Shown here: in pieces, positions 48,701 through 57,403 of the stretch | How positions within the stretch are numbered: the stretch's first letter is position 1 | How the letters are laid out: each line of letters starts with the position of its first letter | Assembly: GCF_044704955.1 (NCBI RefSeq) | Contig: NW_027251843.1 | Coordinates: forward strand, 930,001 to 994,000 | From: Pristiophorus japonicus | Lineage: Eukaryota | Reading direction: 5' to 3' | DNA: 64,000 nucleotides | Position numbers and translations under genes: made by a program | Notes under the pieces: model-generated | What the model was told of the DNA's origin: nothing | Seen by the model: the letters and a program-made list of their open reading frames with translations, nothing else | Databases searched by the model: none

Positions 48701-49885
48701 AATGACTGGCTCTATCCCATCTTCTGCCTCTGGAGGCAGTGTGTACTGCTTAATGCTTGGTAACACGGCGTTCTTTATCAGTCGTACCCGGTGGGGTGCT
48801 GCAGAATGTACCTTCCCAACATGATTCTTATGTTTTGCCCAAAGTTCAGAAGACACTTGATTCAATGCCATTGGCAGCTTAGGGCTCGGTTGTCCAGGGG
48901 GTTGCTGTTTTTTAAAGGTGGAGGCATAACTTTTACCTTTCCACTGGAGAATTCCCCTGGAACGGGTGATAAATTCTATCTGGACATTCTGTAATTCTAT
49001 TACTGCCCAAGGTCTATAGCCTTGATGCTGCTTCTCCTTTTCTATTTCTACAATCATCGGACCCATATCTTTGGGTTTCGCCGGCGGTTTTACAGCCAAT
49101 GTCAGATGGGGTGTTGAGTTCTCTTCTTTAAACCGCTTCTGCTGTAAGGGTGTCAAATCCATGGCTACCCCTAATCCTTCTGGTCCGAAATAAATGCGGG
49201 GTGTAGCTTCTATTATCTCTTCTTTATCTAGAAAGGGCTGTATTAAGCACTGGTAAGTTTCAGCTTTTTGTCGAGTGTACCAGGCTGTGCAGTGAAGCTG
49301 AACCGCCTCAAAGCTTGTTAAGATGATATACATCAGTTCGTCCGCATTAGAGTCAAATTTAGCTTTTAAGTTTTTTACAATATCCTGTATCAGGGGGGAA
49401 TAGAAGTTGTCACTCAATTGCCAACAATAGAGGGCAGCCTTTTCTTTGTTATCTTCCCCCTCCTCCCTTCTAATCCCATCAAAGAACTGATGGATTTTAT
49501 TTTGAGGGAGCTCCATGAACATCCCTTCCTTTGTGCAATATATTGTGGCTCCTAGTTTGCACAAAGTCTGTCTTCCTAATAAGGGGAGAGGGGCTGTTTG
49601 AGAGACTATCAAAGTCTCATTATCTACTTGTTGTCCTTCAATTGTCAATTTAGTAGGTTCGGGCAAAAATTCTTTCAGGGGGATACCGGCCACTCCCATG
49701 CTCAAGACGGTAGTGTTGCTTACAGGTAATCCCACAGAGGGTGGTACAGAAGACATAGTAGCACCGGTATCCACCAGAAACTTTACATCAGTGTTTCCCA
49801 CTTTTATTACTGCCAAAGGATTCTCTTCTATGTCTGTAGATAAGCGGAGGGTTGCCGCCTGTACCACTACACCTCCGGGGCATCC
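45752..49885 (-). CDS. pol: Pol (PR - 2H phosphoesterase - RT - tether - RNase H - IN), expressed by readthrough
   Basis: Uninterrupted >1370-aa frame with FLVDTGA, LPQG, YADD, YTDGS, HHCC, DDE and GPY motifs; in frame with the gag TAG. Confidence 0.97.
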   Translation of the reverse strand, partial: GCPGGVVVQAATLRLSTDIEENPLAVIKVGNTDVKFLVDTGATMSSVPPSVGLPVSNTTVLSMGVAGIPLKEFLPEPTKLTIEGQQVDNETLIVSQTAPLPLLGRQTLCKLGATIYCTKEGMFMELPQNKIHQFFDGIRREEGEDNKEKAALYCWQLSDNFYSPLIQDIVKNLKAKFDSNADELMYIILTSFEAVQLHCTAWYTRQKAETYQCLIQPFLDKEEIIEATPRIYFGPEGLGVAMDLTPLQQKRFKEENSTPHLTLAVKPPAKPKDMGPMIVEIEKEKQHQGYRPWAVIELQNVQIEFITRSRGILQWKGKSYASTFKKQQPPGQPSPKLPMALNQVSSELWAKHKNHVGKVHSAAPHRVRLIKNAVLPSIKQYTLPPEAEDGIEPVISALLEQGVLEKTQSPCNTPILPIPKVNRPNEWRFVQDLRAINKIVVPITPVVPDTNIVLSAIPPTATVFTVIDLCSAFFSIPVNQESQYLFAFTYKKQQYTWTRLPQGYTESPAVYAAAVKRDLEDCLLSDQSVLLQYADDLLVASSHGYRCMQDSLKLLQHLCERGHRVSLQKLQFCQTQVQYLGFHISQGQRQLGPERIQTIQSIPIPKTKKDILSFLGMVGYCRQWIPDYREWDAVLRSAALNDAPPKVEWTPEKEEVFEQLKKAITNAPALGLPNYSKPFQMYVNEKEGFATAVLTQEHGGGNRPVAYYSVLLPPVVRGMPACLRAVAATAVMVEKSVPIVLDYPCTVVTAHAVLLLLNSAATQHFTASRRTGYEVLLLSHSNYTFQRAPIVNPATFVPTREIEDPDQHDCLLTVELATLPRPDLLTEPMDNPDLILYTDGSSYRPSDNLLLSGYAIVSPHETVEAFALPPGTSAQAAELFALTGACIIAKDQTTNIYTDSRYAFGVVHDFGQLWKNRGFITSGGKHIKHSQLVLNLLDAIQLPNKVAVIKCAAHTIGEDEVSVGNRRADEAAKQVASAQTDCLQAVSVTLPQTLDVQLLKTAQQQVTMQERRTWENQGCFLKNDIWYHPDGRTVCPRSLFLPLSRLAHGQAHMGKGGMMHAINAQWYAPGITVVIEKVARTCQICQQNNRGKTPAEYDHLPQPSMPFENLQIDFVHMPPVSGFKYLLVIVDMFTRWVEAYATRRDDARTVVKILFKEIVPRYGIPMGINSDRGTHFTGKIVQNLAEALGFQWKLHIPYQPQSSGIVERVNGIIKSTLTKVCKETGLKWPDALPLVLYTLRNQKNRNTGLTPHEALLGRPMPTGVKPPLVAEKVALIWNDEKSLKYAQAMCEIARSLHEQIKQTQVPLSEGNMHPFKPGDQVLVKTLNKESFSPRWKGPYQIILTTRTALKLEKHPNWVHATRCKYYFPNKSQPKEET

Positions 49886-51586
49886 CTATGCTGATTGGTG
49901 CGGGTTGGGGTTAGAAAAGGAAAATTGAGGGGCCAGTGGAGGTGTAGGTTCGGGGAAATTCCCCTGTAACCCTCCAAACTGTTTAGGTGGGCACCTACAA
50001 TCTCGAGCCCAGTGCCCCTTCCTTCCGCAATTTCTACACTCATCTTGCGAGCGATCTCGCTGGGACCACTGTCCTCTTCCTCCTCCCCTCCTTCCCCCAA
50101 ACCCTCCTCTATTCTGTGCTTGTCCTCTTCCTTTCTGCTGATAGTATTGTCCTGCTGTTTTGGCTTTGTTATCTTTGTAGGTAAATAGTCCCTCCCTGTC
50201 CATGTTTGCCAGTACTGTAATTGTTTCCTTCCAGTTTTTTCCTTGCCAGTCCAAGACCTTGATCTTGTACGTTCTGGCATGCTGTGGTAACATACAATTC
50301 AACAAAGTCTGCACTGCTAAAAGTTCGTTTTGATCCAAGGGTATTCCTGCATGCTCGTCCCAGCTATTTTTCCACCTGCCTGCGAAATCTATCATTGATT
50401 CTTCCGCTTTCTGCAGACAGCGGTTGACTTCCCCAATGTCCCCATGTTTTTTAGCTCCCTTCAGAATTGCATTTTTTCCCCTATGTTGCAGCCAGTGAGT
50501 TAATGACTCATTGCCGTTGTCCAGCAAGGTATCATCAACTCTCCAATCCTCCCTTTCTCCTGGCGGGATCGAGAACATATCTTTTACTCCCTGCCAGGAG
50601 GATCCGTAGGCTGCTTGTAATAATAATTTAATATCCCCCGGTAGCGGATTGTAAATCGTACATGTCTGCTCAAGCCAGTTGTGAAATGCTATAGGTTTCT
50701 TTACTGGGTTTGGGGCGGCAGAGATCATATCTCTGGCCTCTCCCGGGGACCAGGGTTTTAAAACCACTGTGGTTCCTATCATTACCCTGGGATTTTGGAG
50801 GAGGAGGGTAGAGTCGGCTTCTGCCTGGGCTGGGGTTGTTTGCGACCTTAGTCGAGAACTCATCCCAGATCTCTGATTGACTTCCCCTCCCTCTGCTGCT
50901 TCAGCCCCTGCTCCTAATACCTCCGGATTTCCTCCATCGGCTCCTCCATTAGGTGGTGGGGCCGGGAGGACAGCTAGTTCTCTCTGGGCTTGATCTCTAT
51001 GGGCAATAACCATTTCTATAATTTCCTGCCAGCTATTTCGCTTTGGGGGTTCTATACGAGGATAAAGTCCCACAGTGGGTGCTGAGGGGATAGGGAGGTT
51101 TGGAGGGCTATAAGAGGGAGGTTTTTCATTTTCCCCCTTTTCTTTTCCTCCTGATTTATTCTCCGAATTTTTATTTTTCGGAGGCTGATGTCTCTTAGCA
51201 ACCTCAATCCATTTATTAAAACAATTTTCCATGTAATCCTTGTCCCAAGTAGGGTCTCCCCCTCCTTCCTTGGTTATTTTTCTCCATTCCTCAATTAAAG
51301 ATAGTTTAAAACTTCCTCCATATGGCCAATCCCCATCAGACCAACCGTACAAATCGCTACTAAACGTTACCGTGTATCGGTCATCTCCTGTTTCTTTAAT
51401 TACAGTGTCCGCCGGCGAGCCGGGCGGCACAATTGGATCTCCTACCTTCTCTCGTTGCTTTACTACCTTACGGATTCTCTTTTCGGTTTTAGAATGTAAT
51501 TTCATTCCTTTGGTCAAGGGGTCGTCTTTCTTTCCTTTTCTAGGAGCTGGGCGCGAGCGCCCTGCTCGACTAGAGCTGTTTCCCAT
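49886..51586 (-). CDS. gag: Gag (566 aa)
   Basis: MGNSSS myristoylation start at 51586; PPSY, PSAP and LYPRI late-domain motifs; CCHC knuckle CRNCGRKGHWARDC. Confidence 0.95.
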   Translation of the reverse strand: MGNSSSRAGRSRPAPRKGKKDDPLTKGMKLHSKTEKRIRKVVKQREKVGDPIVPPGSPADTVIKETGDDRYTVTFSSDLYGWSDGDWPYGGSFKLSLIEEWRKITKEGGGDPTWDKDYMENCFNKWIEVAKRHQPPKNKNSENKSGGKEKGENEKPPSYSPPNLPIPSAPTVGLYPRIEPPKRNSWQEIIEMVIAHRDQAQRELAVLPAPPPNGGADGGNPEVLGAGAEAAEGGEVNQRSGMSSRLRSQTTPAQAEADSTLLLQNPRVMIGTTVVLKPWSPGEARDMISAAPNPVKKPIAFHNWLEQTCTIYNPLPGDIKLLLQAAYGSSWQGVKDMFSIPPGEREDWRVDDTLLDNGNESLTHWLQHRGKNAILKGAKKHGDIGEVNRCLQKAEESMIDFAGRWKNSWDEHAGIPLDQNELLAVQTLLNCMLPQHARTYKIKVLDWQGKNWKETITVLANMDREGLFTYKDNKAKTAGQYYQQKGRGQAQNRGGFGGRRGGGRGQWSQRDRSQDECRNCGRKGHWARDCRCPPKQFGGLQGNFPEPTPPLAPQFSFSNPNPHQSA

Positions 51587-51907
51587 TCTTCCGGGTGCGA
51601 TGTCTCGCGATTTTTCTGAAATGAGAATTAAGGACACTCCTACAAAATATACAGTAATATTTTACAAAGCGCTCACCGGTGTTCTCTTTTCCGCTCAGCT
51701 CGGGGTCTCCTTATTGCTTTCTTGTTATTTTAGCTTCTTTGTGGTAGCTACCTTAAATGCCTCACCCTTCAAGGGATCTTGGTGGCTCGTCCCCCTTTTA
51801 GCTAGGACAGCCTTGGTACCTTCCCCCTTTCAGCTAGGAAGGTCCTTAAAATTCCTCTTTTCTCTTTTCAAAGTTAAATTTGGTTCTTTTGGATCTCGTT
51901 TTTAGAG

Positions 51908-51926
51908 ATCCTGCCTGACTACGCCA
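51908..51926 (-). promoter_or_regulatory. Primer-binding site, tRNA-Ser type
   Basis: TGGCGTAGTCAGGCAGGAT vs the recalled tRNA-Ser(AGA) complement TGGCGTAGTCGGCAGGAT (one extra A). Confidence 0.8.
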
Positions 51927-51931
51927 GAATC

Positions 51932-52407
51932 TGTCGAAGAAATTTTAGCTTAAATTAACTCAGCGGAGACTTTCAGAGCCGTGCTTCGAGAGAAAGTTTA
52001 TTTCTAACGAGATATCTCGGAGAGCCCGCTTAGTCCACACTAAGGCAGAACTCTGACTTTTACAGGAAAACCCGCGCTATATTTATACAGTAAAAAGAGG
52101 AGTTTTATCTTCAAATTCCACACATTAACATTAATCATATTACTCCGAGAATACAAAGGTCATCCCGGAAGGCACACATTATCTGTTCTTGCATAGTTTC
52201 TCCCTGTCTGTGTCAATAATCAGTTTCTCCCTGTCTGTGTCAATAATCAGTTTTAGGAGACTCATGCAGGGAACAGATAATCAGTTTTTGTTTTCTTAAG
52301 ACAAAGAAGTTTGGGTGTTTTCTCTAGCTCCATTATTTCTACAATATCAGCAAGAAGTGATTTTAACCCTTCCCTTTACCATACTACAGAGATCCTTTTC
52401 TTCCACA
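51932..52407 (-). repeat. ERV 5' LTR
   Basis: 473/476 identical to 43479-43954; minus-strand TATAAATA at 52080-52087. Confidence 0.97.
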
Positions 52408-55283
52408 GGCTGTAACGTGAGGGCATCATCGCGCCGGTGGAATTCAACACTGGGCCGGCCTGATTGTTCCCATACTCAAGGAGGACAGTACAGTTAGAAT
52501 TTGCGGTGACTATAAAGTAACAATTAACCGTTTTTCGCTACCCAAGGCAGACGCCCTATTTGCGACCTTGCTGGAGGGAAGACGTTCACAAGCTGGACCT
52601 GACCTCGGCCTACATGGCGCAGGAGCTGGAGGAGTCTTCAAAAGGCCCCACCTGCATCAACTCGCACAAAGGTCTATTCATTTAGAACCGGTGCCCGTTC
52701 GGGATTCGGTCGGCTGCAGCAATCTTCCAGCAAAACATGGAAAGCCTGCTAAAGTCGGTTCCTTGTACACTGGTCTTCCAGGACAACATATTGGTTACAG
52801 GTTGGGACACTATGGAGCACTATGGATGAGGTTCTTAGTCGGTTGGATCGCGTGGGGCTCAGGTTGAAACGCTCAAAGTGTGTATTCCTGGCACAGAAGG
52901 TTGAATTATTAGGAAGAAGGATCGCAGCAGATGGCATCAGACCGACCGACGCCAAGACGGAGGCCATCAAGAACACGCTGTGACCACAGAACTGCCGTCG
53001 TTTCTGGGACTCCTGAACTACTTCGGTAATTTCCGACCTGGGTTAAGCACCCTACTAGAACCCTTGCATGTGCTACTGCGCAGGGGAGACGACTGGGTAT
53101 GGGGGAATTCACAAGAGGCTGATTTTAAGAAAGCCAGAAATTTACTGTGTTCTAACAAACTGCTTGTCCTGTATAACCCATGTAAACGACTCGTGTTAGC
53201 TTGCGATGCGTCGTCATACAAGTTCGGGTGTGTTTTACAACAGGCTAATGAATTGGGGATTTTGCAACCGGTTGCATATCCATCTAGGAGTTTGTCCAAG
53301 GCCGAAAGGGCCTACAGCATGATTGAAAAAGAGACTCTGGCTTGTGTTTACATTGTAAAAAAAATGCACCAGTACTTGCTTGGCCTGACGTTCGAACTTG
53401 AAACAGATCACAAGCCGCTCATTTCGCTGTTCTCAGAGAGCAAACGATAAATACCAATGCCTCTGCCTGCATCCAAAGATGGGCGCTCATGCTGTTGGCA
53501 TGCAACTGTGTAATTCGCCACAGACTGGGCACAGAGAACTGCACAGATGCTCTCAGTCGGTTACCGTTGCCCACCACTGGGGTGGAAATGGCACAGCCAG
53601 CGGACTTGCTTATGGTCATGGAGGCATTTTAGAATGAGAAATCCCCCATTACGGCCCGCCAGATCAGGACATAAGAACATAAGAACATAAGAACATAAGA
53701 ATTAGGAACAGGAGTAGGTCATCTAGCCCCTCGAGCCTGCTCCGCCATTCGACAAGATCATGACTGATCTGGCCGTGGACTCAGCTCCACTTACCCGCCC
53801 GCTCCCCATAACCCTTAATTCCCTTATTGGTTAAAAATCTATCTATCTGTGACTTGAATACATTCAATGAGCGAGCCTCAACTGCTTCCTTGGGCAGAGA
53901 ATTCCACAGATTCACAACCCTCTGGGAGAAGAAATTCCTTCTCAACTCGGTTTTAAATTGGCCCGTATTTTGAGGCTGTGCCCCCTAGTTCTCGTCTCCC
54001 TGACCAGTGGAAACAACCTCTCTGCCTCTATCTTGTCTATCCCTTTCATTCTTTTAAATGTTTCTATAAGATCACCCCTCATCCTTCTGAACTCCAACGA
54101 GTAAAGACCCAGTCTACTCAATCTATCATCATAAGGTAACCCCATCACCTCTGGAATCAGCCTAGTGAATCGTCTCTGTACACCCTCCAAAGCTAGTATA
54201 TCCTTCCTTAAGTAAGGTGACCAAAACTGCACGCAGTACTCCAGGTGCGGTCTCACCAATACCCTGTACAGTTGCAGCAGGACCTCGCTGCTTTTGTACT
54301 CCATCCCTCTCGCAATGAAGGCCAACATTCCATTCGCCTTCCTGATTACCTGTTGCACCTGGGCCAATTGTGGAGCAGTGGAGGCGTGGCCTAAACAGTT
54401 GGAGCTGTGAGCAGTGAGAGAAGGAGCTGCTGCTTTTGCTCCTGGCTGGGCCTGTGAATCAGCCCAGGAACAGAAGGAAGGAAGGAAGGGGCTTCACCAC
54501 CAACTTTCACCCAGAGGGAGAGGAGGAAAAAGCAGAAAACTTTAACAACTTCACCATTTCTACAAAGAGTTGGAGAGAGGGGGAAAGACCAACAACAACA
54601 TCCAGTGTGGAAGGAGGGAGACTCTACCATTCTACAGGTGGGTGTATTGGTGCAGTCCCTAAAAGACTTTGCTGTATCGGTGGGGGGAGGAAAGAAGACC
54701 AGTCGGGGGCCGGAACATCGCGGGGGGGGTGTGTGTGGAAGTGTGTGTGGGGGCCTTGCTTACAACTGGGCCCCACACACCTTTGAAGCACCCCTCCACC
54801 ATTGCCAAGCCTGGGATAGCTGGAGCTACCAGGCTAAGAAACAATTAATCCACCCTAATTAACATCGTTGGGAGTGTGTGCCTGTGTGGCTCCAGCTGCA
54901 CCAGGTGAAGACATCTTCTCCCCTCACCCGAAGACCACCCCAAGGACTATTTTTTGTTTGCCATCTGGGGATTGCACCCACCCACAGCTGCGAGGGGAGA
55001 CCTGCCCTCGCAGTTTCCCCCCTTCCCACCCCCCTCTCTCTTTCTCTGTTACTCTCTGTCTCTCCCCTCTCTCTCTGAGAGCCCTTTCCTCCCAAATTGA
55101 TTGGAAAAATATAAAACAATTAAGACAACTGAGCAGAGGGAGCAAGGCCCCTCCCCAATTGTCAACTAGGGGAGAGGTGTGCCTCGTTAAGAGCTCCTCT
55201 GCTCAGTCTATTAAACGAGGCCATTTAAAGACCATTAAGGCTTGTGACTTTGGGGTAGGTGTAGCCCTTAAAGGGACCCCGTG

Positions 55284-57246
55284 ATGGCGACCCCATCTAC
55301 GCCGGTGGCAGGGCCAGCTAGGACTTATGCGCAGGCGGCATCCACATCCACGGCACCTCCTGCGCCACCTGCTGCCCTGCCACCATTCAGACTTATAACT
55401 AAGAAATACGGGGTCAAGAGCTACACTCACCCCACAATGAGCATTGAGGAGTGCGTGCAGGCGATGGCTGGGGTAGTCGGCCCCTCGGCCATTGTCGCAG
55501 CCTCCAAGATGTCTGGGAAGGCCGTGTTCTTCCTGGGGTCGGAGCGGGTGGTGTCCCTGGCCATTGAAAAGGGGCTCACGGTGGGCAGGGCGTTCCTGCC
55601 GGTGGACCCTCTCGAGGCCACCGCGCAGAGGGTCATTCTATCAAACGTCCCGCCCTTTGTTCCTGCTGAGCTCCTCCTCCCTCACCTACACCAACTGGGG
55701 GAGGTAAGGTCGGGGATCAACCCCATACCGCTTGGCCTCAGGGAGAACAGCCTGCGCCATGTGTTCTCCTTCCGCCGCCAGCTCTTTGTCCGGCTGGCGC
55801 GGGAAGAGACGACAGAGGGTAGTTTTAATGTGGTGCACAAGGGGACTGGCTACCGCATCTTTTGGACGTCGGACGGCGTGCGGTGCCATGCCTGCAGGGA
55901 GGTGGGGCACGTTCGCAAGAATTGCCCCGCCTCCAAAGCCGCCAAATCACCGAGGGCGGCCAAGGCTGGCGCCGCCGCCACCCCTCCCCCTAGTAGCGTC
56001 CGCGTGCCGGGAGCTGTGGGTGCGCGGGCATCGTCGGGGGCCTTTGTTTTCACGGCCTCCGGCGGGGGGGAGGGAGAGCGTCCGGCCGGAAAGAAGGCGC
56101 AGAAGAAGGCGAAACACCTAGAGGCGGGTCCCCTTAGTGCGCCAGACAAGCTGTTCACCGCGCTCGGCCCAACCCCGTCACCGGCGAGCGCGGGGTGCCC
56201 TGAGCCCGTGCCCGAGCCCTTGACTAATACCGCAGAGGGGTTCGGGCGCGGGCAAGATAAGAAAAAGGGGGGAATGGAGCGGGAGGCCTCGGCAGAAACG
56301 GGTGTCTCCCTGTCTCCGTGCCCCCCCAGGAAAAAAAGGAGGCGCCGCTCCAATGAGGCGGGGGGGGGGAACAACATCCCTCCGCGGAGGAGTCGGTGCC
56401 CGCAGCGTCCCCCACCGGCGCCCCCAAACTGCGCCGTAGGCACAAGGAATCTATCCCCGGGGAGGGTGAAGCAGTCGAGGCAGCCCAGCCGCTGCCTCCC
56501 GGGGATGGCGTGAAAGATCTGCCTGTCGTGGGGGGCGTGGGGCCAGCGGAAGAATGCATTGCCGCCGGGTCGAGTAGCCCGGGGACTGAGGCGGGCGGGG
56601 CCGAAAAGGCCGAACCTGAGCCCGCCCAGCCAATATCCAACTTCCCCCGGGATTTGCTCGACTCGGCAGAAATACAAAGTATTAACACTTTTAATGAATC
56701 TGTACACGCTGGGCCGGGGGTGCTGGTGGGGAGGGGGAGGAACACCCACCCTCGCCCCCTGCTTTGGAGCTGGAGCGCTTGGAGGGCCTGGGGATTTCCT
56801 GTGGCCGGGTCTCTCCTTGTTCCCCGGTTCCTGGGGCGGAGGAGGAACCCCTTCCGCTGTCGCTTCCCGACCCAGCACCAATTCTAAAAGAGCCCAGTGA
56901 GGACTCCTCTGCCGACGATCCTGGGGGTGGGATCGGGGCGGAGCCAGGACCGGATGGAGCGGCCGGGCCGTTTGCCGTACCTCGTGCGGTCGACGGGCCG
57001 GCTGCTAGCGGCGACCTCCCGGAGGGGGACAGGGACTCAGTGGAGGACACGGGTGAAGATCTCGAGTCCATCGCCAGTGAGGCGGTGGATCTGCTCTCGG
57101 CCGCTGCTGAGTCCCCCCTCATTCCCATAGAGGATCTCCGGGACTTTTTGGTCGAGAGCCAGGGTCGCCGCAACCGAACCCATCTGGCCCGGGAAAGATG
57201 GTCCGAGCCGGGGCTGCTCATCGCTTCCGTCCGCGTCGCCGCTTAA
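55284..57246 (+). pseudogene. Tx1 ORF1 (zinc knuckle), frameshifted in homopolymer runs
   Basis: AIVAASKMSGKAVFFL, VILSNVPPFVP and CHACREVGHVRKNC; continues in shifted frames. Confidence 0.85.
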
Positions 57247-57403
57247 ACCATGGCCGCGGGCGGGCCCTTATCAAGGGCGCAAGGCCTTGAGCTGCGACGG
57301 CTCAAAAAGTTCCTCGCTGGGCTGCTGAGGGAGTGGAGGTCAACAAAAGACTCCACTCCCCCCCCCACAATAGGTTAGGTAGAGGTTGCACTATGCTCTA
57401 GTC

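Larger units (their letters stand above)
43479..52407 (-). mobile_element. Young, ORF-intact endogenous retrovirus (class III, ERV-S/SnRV-like)
   Basis: 476-bp LTRs differing at 3 sites; TSD GGCTG at 43474-43478 and 52408-52412; tRNA-Ser PBS; PPT; open gag, pol and env. Confidence 0.95.

Noticed and set aside
51240-51905. 221-aa ORF antisense to the ERV leader and gag
   Set aside because: TTG start and low-complexity shadow of a purine-rich gag; no supporting evidence.
55850-56881. 343-aa antisense ORF in Tx1
   Set aside because: Shadow ORF in very GC-rich, stop-poor sequence.
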